Part shown: positions 1 through 10,162 of the stretch, piece after piece
Numbering within the stretch: position 1 is the first letter of the stretch
How the letters are laid out: each line of letters opens with the position of its first letter
Source of the DNA: a virus
Taxonomy: Duplodnaviria; Caudoviricetes
Virus record (IMG/VR): IMGVR_UViG_3300042350_003419
Location: 1-64,000 of that record
Direction: 5' to 3' (one strand)
DNA: 64,000 bases
Translations under genes and position numbers: made by a program
The notes under the pieces: generated by a model
Database searches by the model: none
What the model was told of the DNA's origin: nothing
What the model saw: the letters and a program-made list of their open reading frames with translations, nothing else

Positions 1-29
1 TTGACGAGCAACCTCAATTCTGATATAAT
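1..29 (+). promoter_or_regulatory. sigma70-type (early/middle) promoter
   Basis: TTGACG-17 nt-TATAAT. Confidence 0.7.
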
Positions 30-72
30 TGGGGGAGGTTAATTATGACTTCCCCCTTATTTTATTTTTACT

Positions 73-384
73 ATGGCAGATAGCAAAGATCATTTTTGGA
101 AATACAACGAAGATAAGACTCTGAAAGAAATTGAAGAGTATCTTGCCAGCACTTATTATTCTCATTATACTTCTGAGCAATCCAAAACTCAAACTCTTGA
201 TTTGATTGAAAGTATTGGTGATGCCGAAGCATTTACCCGTTCAAATGCAATCAAGTACCTTTCTCGCTTTGGTAAGAAGAATGGTAAATCTAAGATGGAT
301 ATTTTGAAGGCAATTCATTACTGCATTCTTCTTTATAATTTTGCTGGTCTTCACGAAAACAAATCTGACCAATACCAATATTGA
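73..384 (+). CDS. conserved cyanophage protein, DUF3310-like
   Basis: HY...NAIKYLSRFGKKNG...DILKAIHY motif; usual neighbour of gp45. Confidence 0.6.
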   Translation: MADSKDHFWKYNEDKTLKEIEEYLASTYYSHYTSEQSKTQTLDLIESIGDAEAFTRSNAIKYLSRFGKKNGKSKMDILKAIHYCILLYNFAGLHENKSDQYQY

Positions 385-407
385 TTATGAAAATCCAAGA
401 CAAAACT

Positions 408-1073
408 ATGAAACTCTCTGACAATACCTGTGCTCTTCTCAAGAACTTTGCTGGTATTAATAATTCAATTCTTGTGAAAAAGGGTAATCGTCTTCGTACT
501 ATTTCTGTTGCCAAAAACATTCTGGCAGAGGCAGAGATCACCGAAGAATTCCCCCGCGATTTTGCCATTTATGATCTGAACCAGTTTCTAAATGGTATTA
601 GTCTTCATCAGGATCCCGATCTTGATTTTACTGAAGAGTCTTACATCACTATTCGTGAAGGTAAGCGTAGGGTGAAGTATTTCTATGCCGATCCTAATGT
701 GATTATTTCTCCTCCCGAAAAGGAGATCCAACTGCCTTCAAAGGACGTTTGTTTCCAAGTTGATAGTGTAACTCTGGAGAAACTGGTTAAGGCAGCAGGT
801 GTTTATCAACTTCCAGATCTTTCTGCGGTCGGTGAGGCAGGAGTGATCCGTCTGGTGGTTCGGGACAAGAAAAACGATACTTCTAACGAATACTCCATCG
901 TTGTTGGTGAAACGAACAAGGAATTTACCTTCAACTTCAAGGTTGAGAACATCAAGATCATTCCCGGATCTTATGATGTGGTTGTGTCAGAAAAACTACT
1001 GTCACAGTTCAAGAATACAAAGTATAACCTCTGCTATTATATTGCTCTGGAACCTGATAGTACTTTTGGTTGA
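408..1073 (+). CDS. gp45: sliding clamp (T4 gp45)
   Basis: MKLS..T..LLKNFAGINNSI...YYIALEPDS; start could be ATG 387 or 408. Confidence 0.92.
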   Translation: MKLSDNTCALLKNFAGINNSILVKKGNRLRTISVAKNILAEAEITEEFPRDFAIYDLNQFLNGISLHQDPDLDFTEESYITIREGKRRVKYFYADPNVIISPPEKEIQLPSKDVCFQVDSVTLEKLVKAAGVYQLPDLSAVGEAGVIRLVVRDKKNDTSNEYSIVVGETNKEFTFNFKVENIKIIPGSYDVVVSEKLLSQFKNTKYNLCYYIALEPDSTFG

Positions 1074-1489
1074 TGGAATTTCTTCTTTATTTGACTCCTA
1101 TAGGTCGTGAGATTATTCAAAATGTTATTCGTGCAAAGTATTCAGTTAAAGAAAATGTTGGGTTTTGTAGGGACAAAAACTTTTTTGGATATGTTAATAC
1201 TAACAAATTAGTTATTTGTACGAATAACATTAAACATAGTGGAAATGATGTCAAGTTTTATGTAAATGAGACTGTATATCACGAAGCAACTCATATTGCT
1301 CATATGTGCAGAGGATATAAACCTTTTTATATTCCATTAAAAGATATGCCTCTTCCACAAAGTAAACTTCAAGATATTGAAAAATCTGTTAGAATGTCTA
1401 CCTCATCCAGACAGATAGAACACGAAGCCTATTGGATGGAAGATAAACCAGAACAAGTTAAGTATGTAATTCAAAAGTATTGTTTCTAG
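1070..1489 (+). CDS. hypothetical protein with HExxH zincin-like motif
   Basis: YHEATHIAH plus downstream EHEAY. Confidence 0.55.
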   Translation: MMEFLLYLTPIGREIIQNVIRAKYSVKENVGFCRDKNFFGYVNTNKLVICTNNIKHSGNDVKFYVNETVYHEATHIAHMCRGYKPFYIPLKDMPLPQSKLQDIEKSVRMSTSSRQIEHEAYWMEDKPEQVKYVIQKYCF

Positions 1490-1573
1490 AAGAGCAAACA
1501 TTCTCAAAAGATATTCTACACTAGAAGAGTTGGAGCAATTATTTAATTATTAGAAAACTTTGAGGAACTAACC

Positions 1574-2101
1574 TTGAACATTTTTGTGACTGATGAATGT
1601 CCTGTGCTTTCTGCTGCGGTACTTCCAGACAAGCATATTGTGAAAATGCCTCTGGAGACCTGTCAGATGGTTTCTATCATTTTCTCTAAATGGTATTATG
1701 ATTGGGGATACATTCCCAAGAAAGATGGTCTTCCATATGACACTGAAAAGGGTGCCTTCCGCAATCATCCCTGTACTCAATGGGCAGCAAAATCCCATGA
1801 GAACCTTGCTTGGTTGATTCGGCACGGATTTGCACTTTGTAATGAGTATCAGCATCGTTATGAAAAAGAACACTCTTGTATGAAAAGTCTTGAAGTTGCA
1901 GAGAATATCTTTGCCACTAAAAGTGGAAAAGAAATTTCCATCTACAAAAATGTGGTAGAATTTACGAGGGCAATGCCTGATGAGTATAAACTTGACACAA
2001 GCATTGACACTTTTACTGCTTACAAGATGTATATTGCATCCAAACCTTGGGTTGCATCTAATTATCTTCGTATGCCAGAACGTAAACCAGAATGGATTTA
2101 A
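1574..2101 (+). CDS. pyrimidine-dimer DNA glycosylase (DenV-like family)
   Basis: MNIF...DKHIVKMPLETCQM...NHPCTQW; TTG start. Confidence 0.75.
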   Translation: MNIFVTDECPVLSAAVLPDKHIVKMPLETCQMVSIIFSKWYYDWGYIPKKDGLPYDTEKGAFRNHPCTQWAAKSHENLAWLIRHGFALCNEYQHRYEKEHSCMKSLEVAENIFATKSGKEISIYKNVVEFTRAMPDEYKLDTSIDTFTAYKMYIASKPWVASNYLRMPERKPEWI

Positions 2102-2390
2102 GTGATGGATAATAGTCATCCTGTTTGTAATTTATGTGGAGGTAAAGGATGTGAAAAGTGTCATAGTGGTTGGGAGTGTACTGGAGAAACCTGTAACAAA
2201 TGTGCTATGGGTTGGGAATTGGGATTGGATAAATCAACTATTTCTCAAAGGCGTCCAGAATGGGTATGAAATACGAAAAAGGTGACTATTTCCTTGACAA
2301 AAATACACATAAGTTGTATATTTTTGATGGGAACGAATGGTGGGAAGTTGTCCCTACCTCTGAATTGAAAAAACCTGATTGGATTTAACT

Positions 2391-2645
2391 ATGACTTTTA
2401 AATTAACACAAGAACAGACCGAAACTATTCAAGCAGTATTTGATAAACAATCAACCAAAAATGGTGACTATGATTGCTGGGAAGGAATAAACAAACAAAT
2501 TCAAAAACAAACTGAATCCGGCATTCGTGTAAATGAAGAAGGGGAAGAAGAAATTCTAATTTTTTATATGGAAAGACATGGGGAATCACGCCCGATACCA
2601 GACCTGGCATTTTCTATTCATAAAGTGAAAGTCCATAGAGATTGA
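2391..2645 (+). CDS. hypothetical protein
   Basis: ORF in the gene-dense strand; ATG at 2391. Confidence 0.5.
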   Translation: MTFKLTQEQTETIQAVFDKQSTKNGDYDCWEGINKQIQKQTESGIRVNEEGEEEILIFYMERHGESRPIPDLAFSIHKVKVHRD

Positions 2646-2708
2646 GATTATAACCAAACTACACAAAATGTCGTTTGGACATAAATAACATTAGTTATAA
2701 CTCTTCTA

Positions 2709-3158
2709 ATGGAACTCGACGGAATTACTTACAAACAATCAAAAACTTATCCTGACATTTATGTTAGTGCTTGTGGTAAAATTCTAAATGTGAAACCTAT
2801 TGGAAGACTTGATAAACGAGATGGTTATGTTAATGTTAGAAGTAAAAGATTACATCAACTTGTGGTAGAATGTTGGGGGGATAAAAAACCAAAGGGTAAG
2901 GATTGGTGTATAGATCATATTGATGAAAATAAAACTAACAATAAAGTTGAAAACCTAAGATGGTTGCCCCGATCAGAAAACACAAGAAGGTCTCATTTGG
3001 GAAGACCAGAACCCAAAAAAGGAAGATTGCAAATGGATGATGGTATAAAGCAAAAAATTAAAAATCTTTCAGAGCAAGGATTGTCTCAAAGAAAGATTGC
3101 TGATATTATGGGCAAAAACCAACGAAGTATTTGGAATGTATTAAATGAGGTTTATTAA
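2709..3158 (+). CDS. free-standing HNH homing endonuclease with C-terminal HTH
   Basis: RLHQLV...IDHIDENKTNNKVENLRWL (HNH_3 type); late promoter ATAAATA at 2681. Confidence 0.85.
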   Translation: MELDGITYKQSKTYPDIYVSACGKILNVKPIGRLDKRDGYVNVRSKRLHQLVVECWGDKKPKGKDWCIDHIDENKTNNKVENLRWLPRSENTRRSHLGRPEPKKGRLQMDDGIKQKIKNLSEQGLSQRKIADIMGKNQRSIWNVLNEVY

Positions 3159-4102
3159 TGAGTAAAGATTTTTTGTTTGTGGAAAAGTATCGTCCTCGTA
3201 AAATTGAGGATTGTATTCTTCCTGATGGTATCAAAAAAACATTTTTGGATTTTGTTAAGAAGGGGGAAATCCCAAATCTCCTTCTTGCTGGACCCCCAGG
3301 AGTAGGTAAAACTACAGTAGCAAAAGCATTATGTGAAGAACTTGGAGTAGATTATTATGTCATTAACGGATCCGACGAAGGACGTTTCTTGGATACTGTA
3401 CGGAACCAAGCAAAGAACTTTGCTTCGACCGTCTCACTTCAAGGAAATGACAAGCACAAAGTCATCATTGTGGATGAGAGTGATAACACGACCGCCGATG
3501 TTCAACTCTTATTGCGGGCAAATATTGAGACGTTTTATAATAACTGCAGATTCATCTTCACCTGTAACTACAAGAACAAAATTATTGAACCCCTCCATTC
3601 CCGTTGTGCCGTCATCGACTTCACAATCAAAGGGAAGCAGAAGCAACAACTTGCTGGAGCATTCTTCAAACGTCTCCAAACGATCTTGGATACGGAAAGA
3701 ATTGAATATGATGAAAAGGTCATTGCAGAACTGGTCTCAAAACATTTTCCAGATTTTCGTCGCGTTCTTAATGAATGCCAAAGGTATTCTACTGGTGGGA
3801 AAATTGACACTGGAATTCTTGCATCTTTCTCAGACGTTTCAGTAAATGAACTCATCAAGAATCTCAAAGAAAAGAATTTCACAGAAGTCCGTAAGTGGGT
3901 GGTCTCCAACCTTGATAATGATGCTCCGGTCTTACTTCGTAGGATTTATGACGCTTCTTATGATTATTTACTTGCCCAATCTATTCCTGCTGCTGTTCTC
4001 ATTATTGCTAAGTATCAGTATCAGTCAGCTTTTTGTGTTGATCAGGAGATAAATCTTTTGGCAGCATTAACTGAAATAATGGTGGAGTGTGAGTTTCGAT
4101 GA
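3158..4102 (+). CDS. gp44: clamp loader large subunit (gp44)
   Basis: EKYRP, Walker A GPPGVGKT, DESD, SRC motif. Confidence 0.95.
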   Translation: MSKDFLFVEKYRPRKIEDCILPDGIKKTFLDFVKKGEIPNLLLAGPPGVGKTTVAKALCEELGVDYYVINGSDEGRFLDTVRNQAKNFASTVSLQGNDKHKVIIVDESDNTTADVQLLLRANIETFYNNCRFIFTCNYKNKIIEPLHSRCAVIDFTIKGKQKQQLAGAFFKRLQTILDTERIEYDEKVIAELVSKHFPDFRRVLNECQRYSTGGKIDTGILASFSDVSVNELIKNLKEKNFTEVRKWVVSNLDNDAPVLLRRIYDASYDYLLAQSIPAAVLIIAKYQYQSAFCVDQEINLLAALTEIMVECEFR

Positions 4103-4308
4103 ATCTATATAAAATTGATTATAAATCCTTAAAGGAGAATCCAGTTAAAACGACTCCTGAAAATGTAAAGGAGGCAAATGAAGCACTTTTTTATTCTAAA
4201 ATGAATCTTCCACAGGCAGCAAAGCACTGTGGTATGACGCAGAAAGAAATGAAACTTACTTTTTTTGAATATCTTAAGTATAACAAACCTGATTATGAAA
4301 TCTCTTAA
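4099..4308 (+). CDS. hypothetical protein
   Basis: ORF coupled to flanking genes. Confidence 0.55.
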   Translation: MNLYKIDYKSLKENPVKTTPENVKEANEALFYSKMNLPQAAKHCGMTQKEMKLTFFEYLKYNKPDYEIS

Positions 4309-5203
4309 AACCTGTCTTCGTTACCCCGGTGGTAAGAGTAGAGCGGTCACTAAAATGGACCCATACTTTCCAGACCTTCGCAACTATGATGAATTCCGTG
4401 AACCTTTCTTAGGAGGCGGAAGCGTTGCGATTTATATTACAAAGAAGTATCCTAGTATAGATATTTGGGCAAATGATCTTTATGAACCTCTGGTAAACTT
4501 CTGGCAGCAACTCCAGATGTTTGGAGATGATTTGAAGAATGAACTTAGTGGACTGAAGTTAGCACATTGTACACCAGAATTGGCAAGAGAACTTTTCTTA
4601 AAATCAAAGGAGCAAATCAATGATGAATCTGAAACGAACCTTAATCGTGCTGTCGCTTTCTATATTGTTAACAAATGTTCTTTTAGTGGTCTTACCGAAA
4701 GTTCTTCTTTTTCTCCACAAGCATCAAATAGCAATTTCTCATTGAGAGGTATTGAAAAACTTCCTGAGTATTCAAAGTTAATTGTTAATTGGCGTATAAC
4801 TAATTACTCCTATGATTATCTAATGGATGGAAACAAGAGTGCTTTTATGTATCTCGACCCTCCTTATGATATTAAGGATAATCTCTATGGGAATAAAGGA
4901 TCAATGCACAAAAGATTTGATCACGATAAGTTTGCTGCTGATTGCAATTCCAACAATATGGATATGTTGGTAAGTTATAATACCGATCAACTTGTCAAAG
5001 ATCGTTTCTTAGGTGGAAAATGGAATGCTGCTGAGTTTGATTTGACTTATACGATGCGTTCCGTGGGTGAATATATGCGTGAGCAAAAACAACGTAAAGA
5101 ACTCTTGCTTTTTAATTATACCAAAGATCCTAAAATACAATTTAGTTTTGATGGATGTTATAATTATGATAGATTGAAGAAAGAGGGTTTGATTGATGAC
5201 TGA
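4295..5203 (+). CDS. dam: DNA adenine methyltransferase (Dam/D12 class)
   Basis: RYPGGKS, EPFLGGGS, DPPY. Confidence 0.9.
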   Translation: MKSLKTCLRYPGGKSRAVTKMDPYFPDLRNYDEFREPFLGGGSVAIYITKKYPSIDIWANDLYEPLVNFWQQLQMFGDDLKNELSGLKLAHCTPELARELFLKSKEQINDESETNLNRAVAFYIVNKCSFSGLTESSSFSPQASNSNFSLRGIEKLPEYSKLIVNWRITNYSYDYLMDGNKSAFMYLDPPYDIKDNLYGNKGSMHKRFDHDKFAADCNSNNMDMLVSYNTDQLVKDRFLGGKWNAAEFDLTYTMRSVGEYMREQKQRKELLLFNYTKDPKIQFSFDGCYNYDRLKKEGLIDD

Positions 5204-5579
5204 ACTTAAAGATTGGTTAAATTCAATCAATCAAACGAAGAAAAATCTAATTGATGAGGATCCATCTTTAGAGAAAGAATACAATTCATATATTATCAAT
5301 CGGTGTCTTTCTGGGGAAATTGATTGTATTATGTTTGCTAATGAAATGAATATGTATTCATTCCTCCCGAAAAAGATGCAATATGACTTTTTTATAAATA
5401 GTCTGAGGAAAAAGAAGAGATATTCTCCCTGGCTCCGTAAAGATACAATCAAAGATCTTGATTATGTTAAACGTTACTATGGTTATAGTAATGAAAAGGC
5501 AAAACAGGCTTTGAGGATTCTTACAAAAGAACAACTTACTTTTATAAAATCGAAATTTGAAACTGGAGGAACAAAATGA
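5196..5579 (+). CDS. gp62: clamp loader small subunit (gp62)
   Basis: LKDWLNSIN...YYGYSNEKA; located before regA. Confidence 0.9.
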   Translation: MTELKDWLNSINQTKKNLIDEDPSLEKEYNSYIINRCLSGEIDCIMFANEMNMYSFLPKKMQYDFFINSLRKKKRYSPWLRKDTIKDLDYVKRYYGYSNEKAKQALRILTKEQLTFIKSKFETGGTK

Positions 5580-6016
5580 GTGTCGTTCAAGAACCTGAAG
5601 TAAAGTGGACGCCCGATCAAATGGTGGAAGTGATTCTTAATGAACCTGATGATTTTTTAAAGGTTCGTGAGACTTTGACTCGCATCGGAGTTGCTTCAAG
5701 AAAGGAAAAGAAAATCTATCAGTCTTGTCATATTCTTCACAAACAAGGTCGTTATTTCCTTGTGCATTTTAAAGAACTTTTCGCACTGGATGGCAAACAC
5801 GCTAATCTAACCGTAAATGATGTTCAACGTCGTAATCGTATTGCTCAACTTCTTGCAGATTGGGGTCTGATTACTATTGTGGATGTGAGTAAGATTCAAG
5901 ATATTGCACCTTTGAACCAAATTAAAGTCCTTGCCTATAAGGACAAGGGAGATTGGATTTTGGAGACCAAATACAATATTGGTGCTAAAAAGAAAAAGGT
6001 AGAGGATACCGAATGA
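5576..6016 (+). CDS. regA: translational repressor RegA
   Basis: DDFLKVRETLTRIG...QSCHILHKQGRY..VHFKELF. Confidence 0.95.
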   Translation: MSVVQEPEVKWTPDQMVEVILNEPDDFLKVRETLTRIGVASRKEKKIYQSCHILHKQGRYFLVHFKELFALDGKHANLTVNDVQRRNRIAQLLADWGLITIVDVSKIQDIAPLNQIKVLAYKDKGDWILETKYNIGAKKKKVEDTE

Positions 6017-6018
6017 TA

Positions 6019-6046
6019 AAGAGCGGGTTTCACGACCCGCTTTTTT
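6019..6046 (+). terminator. rho-independent terminator
   Basis: GCGGGT/ACCCGC stem followed by T-run. Confidence 0.75.
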
Positions 6047-6124
6047 ATGCTTTCTATTATAATTATTAATGATCGCCTTATAGGGATCACACAATCAAAC
6101 CTCGCTTTTAAAGGAGCTACCATA

Positions 6125-6559
6125 ATGACTAACCTCACAAGGTATACTGCTGCGGATCTTCCTGCTTTGATGGAAAGAATTACTCGCAATAGTATTGGAA
6201 TGGATGAATATTTTGACCGTCTATTCAATCTTCACGAAACTACAAATAACTATCCACCATACAATCTAATTCAGGTAAATAATGTAGAATCTCATTTAGA
6301 GATTGCTCTTGCCGGATTTAAAAAGGAGGAAGTAAATGTCTTCACCGAGTATGGAAAACTTTTTGTCGAGGGGCAAAAATCAGATACAGAATCGGATAGG
6401 ACGTTTATCCACAAGGGTCTGGCTAGCAGAAGTTTCAAGAGAGTGTGGACTTTATCAGACGACACAGAAGTCCGAGAAGTCACCTTTGAAGATGGACTAC
6501 TTACCATTCGACTAGGTAAAATTGTTCCGGAACATCATTCTCGTAAAGACTACCTCTAA
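6125..6559 (+). CDS. hsp20: small heat shock protein Hsp20
   Basis: NYPPYN...LAGF...FEDGLL; AAGGAG SD before ATG 6125. Confidence 0.92.
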   Translation: MTNLTRYTAADLPALMERITRNSIGMDEYFDRLFNLHETTNNYPPYNLIQVNNVESHLEIALAGFKKEEVNVFTEYGKLFVEGQKSDTESDRTFIHKGLASRSFKRVWTLSDDTEVREVTFEDGLLTIRLGKIVPEHHSRKDYL

Positions 6560-6590
6560 ATATCTAAATAAAGAAAAAGTTAGTTGGGTG

Positions 6591-6770
6591 ATGAAAACTT
6601 TTCAGCAATTTATGGAAAAGGTTGGAGATTTTGGAAATCCCCCCCTGCCGACCAAAGAAAATTGTTATGGAAGAACAGTAAAATATGTAATGGCACCAAA
6701 AAAGAAAGTTTGTGCTTTGAATACTGACAGTGGTTCTGGAGGGTCTTCCGGTGATTCTGGTGGAGACTAA
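6591..6770 (+). CDS. small late protein with capsid-targeting-like N-terminus
   Basis: MKTFQQFMEK; CTAAATA late-promoter motifs upstream. Confidence 0.55.
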   Translation: MKTFQQFMEKVGDFGNPPLPTKENCYGRTVKYVMAPKKKVCALNTDSGSGGSSGDSGGD

Positions 6771-6867
6771 ATAGTACTGAATATCGTCGGTGCAGGGAGG
6801 CAACTGGCAAAATCCAGTTGCACCTCCCCTTTTTTTGTGCTATAATAAGTTGAGAGAAGAATTAAAA

Positions 6868-7203
6868 ATGTCCGTAAAAATTGCTCTATTAAAATCTGGA
6901 GAATCTGTAATTGCCGATATTAAGGAATTGATTTCCGAAGATAAAGTATGTGGATATTTATTTACGAATCCGCATAAAATGCAGGTCAGTAATTCAATCT
7001 TTTTGACAGAAGAACAATTAGAACCTGGAGATGGTACAGTGAGTGTAACATTTTCTTCTTGGATTCTTTTTTCAAGTGATAATGAGATTCCAGTTCGTCC
7101 AGATTGGGTTGTAACTATTGTTGAACCAGTCAAGTCTATTAAAGAAATGTATGAGGAAAAGGTAAATGGAACGGAACGTGAAGTGTCTTCTATTGAAGGT
7201 TGA
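6868..7203 (+). CDS. conserved cyanophage protein
   Basis: MSVKIALLKSGESVIADIKE; usual position before gp43. Confidence 0.65.
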   Translation: MSVKIALLKSGESVIADIKELISEDKVCGYLFTNPHKMQVSNSIFLTEEQLEPGDGTVSVTFSSWILFSSDNEIPVRPDWVVTIVEPVKSIKEMYEEKVNGTEREVSSIEG

Positions 7204-7420
7204 CACTGTATTGATTACTGAAATTATTGAAGTTGGTTCTGAACTTGGTGAACCTGATTGTAAACTAATTAATCCATATGAATTTTTTAGTGTTGATGAT
7301 ATGAAACCTTGGCCAGAGGTTACTAATCAAACTGAGTTAATGATTCATTCCGATAGTATTCTTACAATAGTAGACCCAACTCCCGAAATTATTAAAAAGT
7401 ATCTTGAATTAACTGCATAA
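7166..7420 (+). CDS. conserved cyanophage protein (paralogue-like of the previous ORF)
   Basis: EPDCKLINP...SDSILTIVDP; stop overlaps gp43 start. Confidence 0.6.
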   Translation: MERNVKCLLLKVDTVLITEIIEVGSELGEPDCKLINPYEFFSVDDMKPWPEVTNQTELMIHSDSILTIVDPTPEIIKKYLELTA

Positions 7421-9921
7421 TGCAATTCTACACAAATGTGCAAATGGTTGGGGACCACTTCTTGGTTCGTGGTTATGAAAATGGTAAACATTTTATGACC
7501 CGTGAGAAGTTTTCTCCGACTCTTTTTGTGCCTTCTAAAAAACCAACCAAATATACAACACTTCAGGGAGAATATGTGGAACCTATTCAACCAGGTTCTG
7601 TGAGAGATTGTAGAGAGTTTATTAAAAAATATACTGATGTACAAAACTTCAAAATCTATGGGAATGACAAATACATCTATCAGTATATTTCCGACAAATA
7701 TCCTGAAAATGAAATTAAGTTTGATATTGACAAAATCAAACTAACAACGATTGATATTGAGGTCGCATCAGAAAATGGATTTCCTGATGTGGAAAATGCT
7801 GCCGAAGAGATATTACTCATTACTCTTCAAGATTATAATACAAAGCAAATTCGTACTTGGGGTCAAGGTAAGTTCAATAATAACCAATCAAATGTTTCTT
7901 ACCGAGCATTTTCTGATGAATATAGTCTGTTAAATGACTTTATTCACTGGTGGATGATGGAGGATAATACTCCAGAGGTTGTGACTGGTTGGAATAGTGA
8001 ACTGTACGATATTCCTTATCTTGTTCGCCGTCTTGATAGGATTTTAGGTGAAAAGTTAATGAAGCGTATGTCTCCTTGGGGTCTTGTCACCGAGGATGAA
8101 GTTTACATTTCTGGAAGAAAACATATCTCCTATGATATTGGTGGTATAAGTCAACTTGACTATATTAAACTCTATAAGAAGTTTACCTATAAGACACAGG
8201 AATCTTATCGTCTGGATTATATTGCCGAAGTAGAACTGGGGCAGAAGAAACTGGATCACTCTGAGTTTGATACATTCAAGGACTTCTATACTAAAGGCTG
8301 GCAGAAATTCGTAGAGTATAACATTATTGACGTAGAACTTGTTGACCGTTTGGAAGACAAGATGAAACTGATTGAACTTGCTCTTACGATGGCATATGAC
8401 GGTAAAGTCAACTATGAGGATGTATTTTCGCAGGTAAGAATGTGGGATACGATTATCTACAATTACCTGAAGAAAAGAAATATTGCCATTCCTCCTAAAG
8501 AAAAGACTGATAAGGACTCCAAGTATGCCGGTGCATATGTAAAGGAACCAATTCCCGGAAAGTATGATTGGGTGGTTAATTTTGACTTAAACAGCCTTTA
8601 TCCGCATTTGATTATGCAATTTAATGTAAGTCCCGAAACCCTTGTTGAAGAAAGGCATCCCAGTGTAACCGTGGATAAAATTTTGAATCAAGAACTTACC
8701 TTTGAAATGTATAAGGACTATGCAGTATGTCCTAATGGTGCGATGTACCGTAAGGATATTCGTGGTTTTCTTCCAGAACTTATGGAGAAAATGTATAATG
8801 ACCGTGTTATTTTCAAAGAGAAAATGATTGCGGCAAAAAAACAATATGAGAAGAAAAAGACAAAGGAATTAGAAAAGGAAATTGCCAGATGTAATAATAT
8901 TCAAATGGCAAAAAAGATTTCTCTTAACTCTGCCTATGGTGCTTGCGGTAATCAGTACTTCCGTTACTTCAAACTAGCAAATGCAGAAGCAATTACTCTT
9001 TCGGGTCAAGTTGCGATTCGTTGGATTGAGAGTAAGATGAATTCTTATCTGAATAAAATTCTTAAGACAAAAGATGTTGATTATGTTATTGCTTCTGATA
9101 CTGACTCCATTTATCTTCATATGGGTCCTTTGGTTGAAACTGTATACAAGGGAAGAGAGAAAACTACTGAAGGCATTGTCACGTTCCTTGATAAGATCTG
9201 TAAGGTGGAACTTGAAAAATATATTGAAGGTTGCTACCAAGAACTGGCAGAGTATGTGAATGCCTATGACCAGAAGATGCAGATGAAGCGGGAAAATATT
9301 GCCGACCGTGGAATCTGGACTGCCAAAAAGCGTTATATTCTGAACGTCTGGGATAGTGAGGGTGTGAGATATACTGAACCTAAACTTAAAATGATGGGTA
9401 TTGAGGCAGTTAAATCTTCAACTCCTGCACCTTGTCGTCAGATGATTAAGGATGCTCTGAAATTGATGATGAGTGGAACTGAAGATGAGGTAATTGATTT
9501 TATTGATAATTGTCGTCAAAAGTTTAAAAGTCTTCCCCCAGAAGAAATTGCTTTCCCAAGAACGGCATCCGATGTTCGTAAATATTATTCGCCATCAAAT
9601 ATTTACGCATCCAAAACTCCTATTCATATTCGTGGTGCCCTTCTGTTTAATCATTACATAAAGGAAAAAAAACTAACCAATAAATATTCACTTATTAATA
9701 ACGGTGAGAAGGTTAAATATATTTTTCTTAAAAAACCAAATATTATTCAGGAGAATGTTATTTCCTTTATTTCAGATTTCCCAAAGGAACTTAACCTTGA
9801 CAAATATATTGATTATGAACTACAATTTGAGAAAAGTTTTGTAGACCCCCTTCAATCTATTTTAGATTCAATTGGATGGGAAGTAGAAAAAACTGTAAAC
9901 CTTGATTCATTTTTTACCTAA
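7420..9921 (+). CDS. gp43: family B DNA polymerase (gp43)
   Basis: DIEV exonuclease motif, DLNSLYP, K...NSAYG, SDTDS; uninterrupted. Confidence 0.97.
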   Translation: MQFYTNVQMVGDHFLVRGYENGKHFMTREKFSPTLFVPSKKPTKYTTLQGEYVEPIQPGSVRDCREFIKKYTDVQNFKIYGNDKYIYQYISDKYPENEIKFDIDKIKLTTIDIEVASENGFPDVENAAEEILLITLQDYNTKQIRTWGQGKFNNNQSNVSYRAFSDEYSLLNDFIHWWMMEDNTPEVVTGWNSELYDIPYLVRRLDRILGEKLMKRMSPWGLVTEDEVYISGRKHISYDIGGISQLDYIKLYKKFTYKTQESYRLDYIAEVELGQKKLDHSEFDTFKDFYTKGWQKFVEYNIIDVELVDRLEDKMKLIELALTMAYDGKVNYEDVFSQVRMWDTIIYNYLKKRNIAIPPKEKTDKDSKYAGAYVKEPIPGKYDWVVNFDLNSLYPHLIMQFNVSPETLVEERHPSVTVDKILNQELTFEMYKDYAVCPNGAMYRKDIRGFLPELMEKMYNDRVIFKEKMIAAKKQYEKKKTKELEKEIARCNNIQMAKKISLNSAYGACGNQYFRYFKLANAEAITLSGQVAIRWIESKMNSYLNKILKTKDVDYVIASDTDSIYLHMGPLVETVYKGREKTTEGIVTFLDKICKVELEKYIEGCYQELAEYVNAYDQKMQMKRENIADRGIWTAKKRYILNVWDSEGVRYTEPKLKMMGIEAVKSSTPAPCRQMIKDALKLMMSGTEDEVIDFIDNCRQKFKSLPPEEIAFPRTASDVRKYYSPSNIYASKTPIHIRGALLFNHYIKEKKLTNKYSLINNGEKVKYIFLKKPNIIQENVISFISDFPKELNLDKYIDYELQFEKSFVDPLQSILDSIGWEVEKTVNLDSFFT

Positions 9922-10055
9922 TGGACTTGCCAATTAATGACAAAGAGTTGGATACTATTATTAGTGCAATGCGACTTGGTGGAGACTCTGCTCTTTATCA
10001 AAAACTTTGGACTTATAAAATGAATTATTTTGATAATAAAAAAGAGGATAAATAA
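9921..10055 (+). CDS. small hypothetical protein (44 aa, MDLPINDKELDTII...)
   Basis: read manually; ATG overlaps the gp43 stop. Confidence 0.55.
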   Translation: MDLPINDKELDTIISAMRLGGDSALYQKLWTYKMNYFDNKKEDK

Positions 10056-10093
10056 TAATATCTGTTGAACCCGCAAACTCTACAGATAAGATT

Positions 10094-10115
10094 AGGTGCT
10101 CTTCGGGCACCTTTT
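10094..10115 (+). terminator. terminator-like hairpin
   Basis: AGGTGCTC-TTCG-GGCACCT-TTT (UUCG-type loop). Confidence 0.7.
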
Positions 10116-10162
10116 CTAATATAAACTATTATAAATAATAGTGCGGGTTTAATAGAGTAGAA

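Noticed and set aside
7420-9921. Intein or intron in gp43 (also checked nrdA and nrdB)
   Set aside because: The ORFs are continuous and of normal length, with no Hint motifs.
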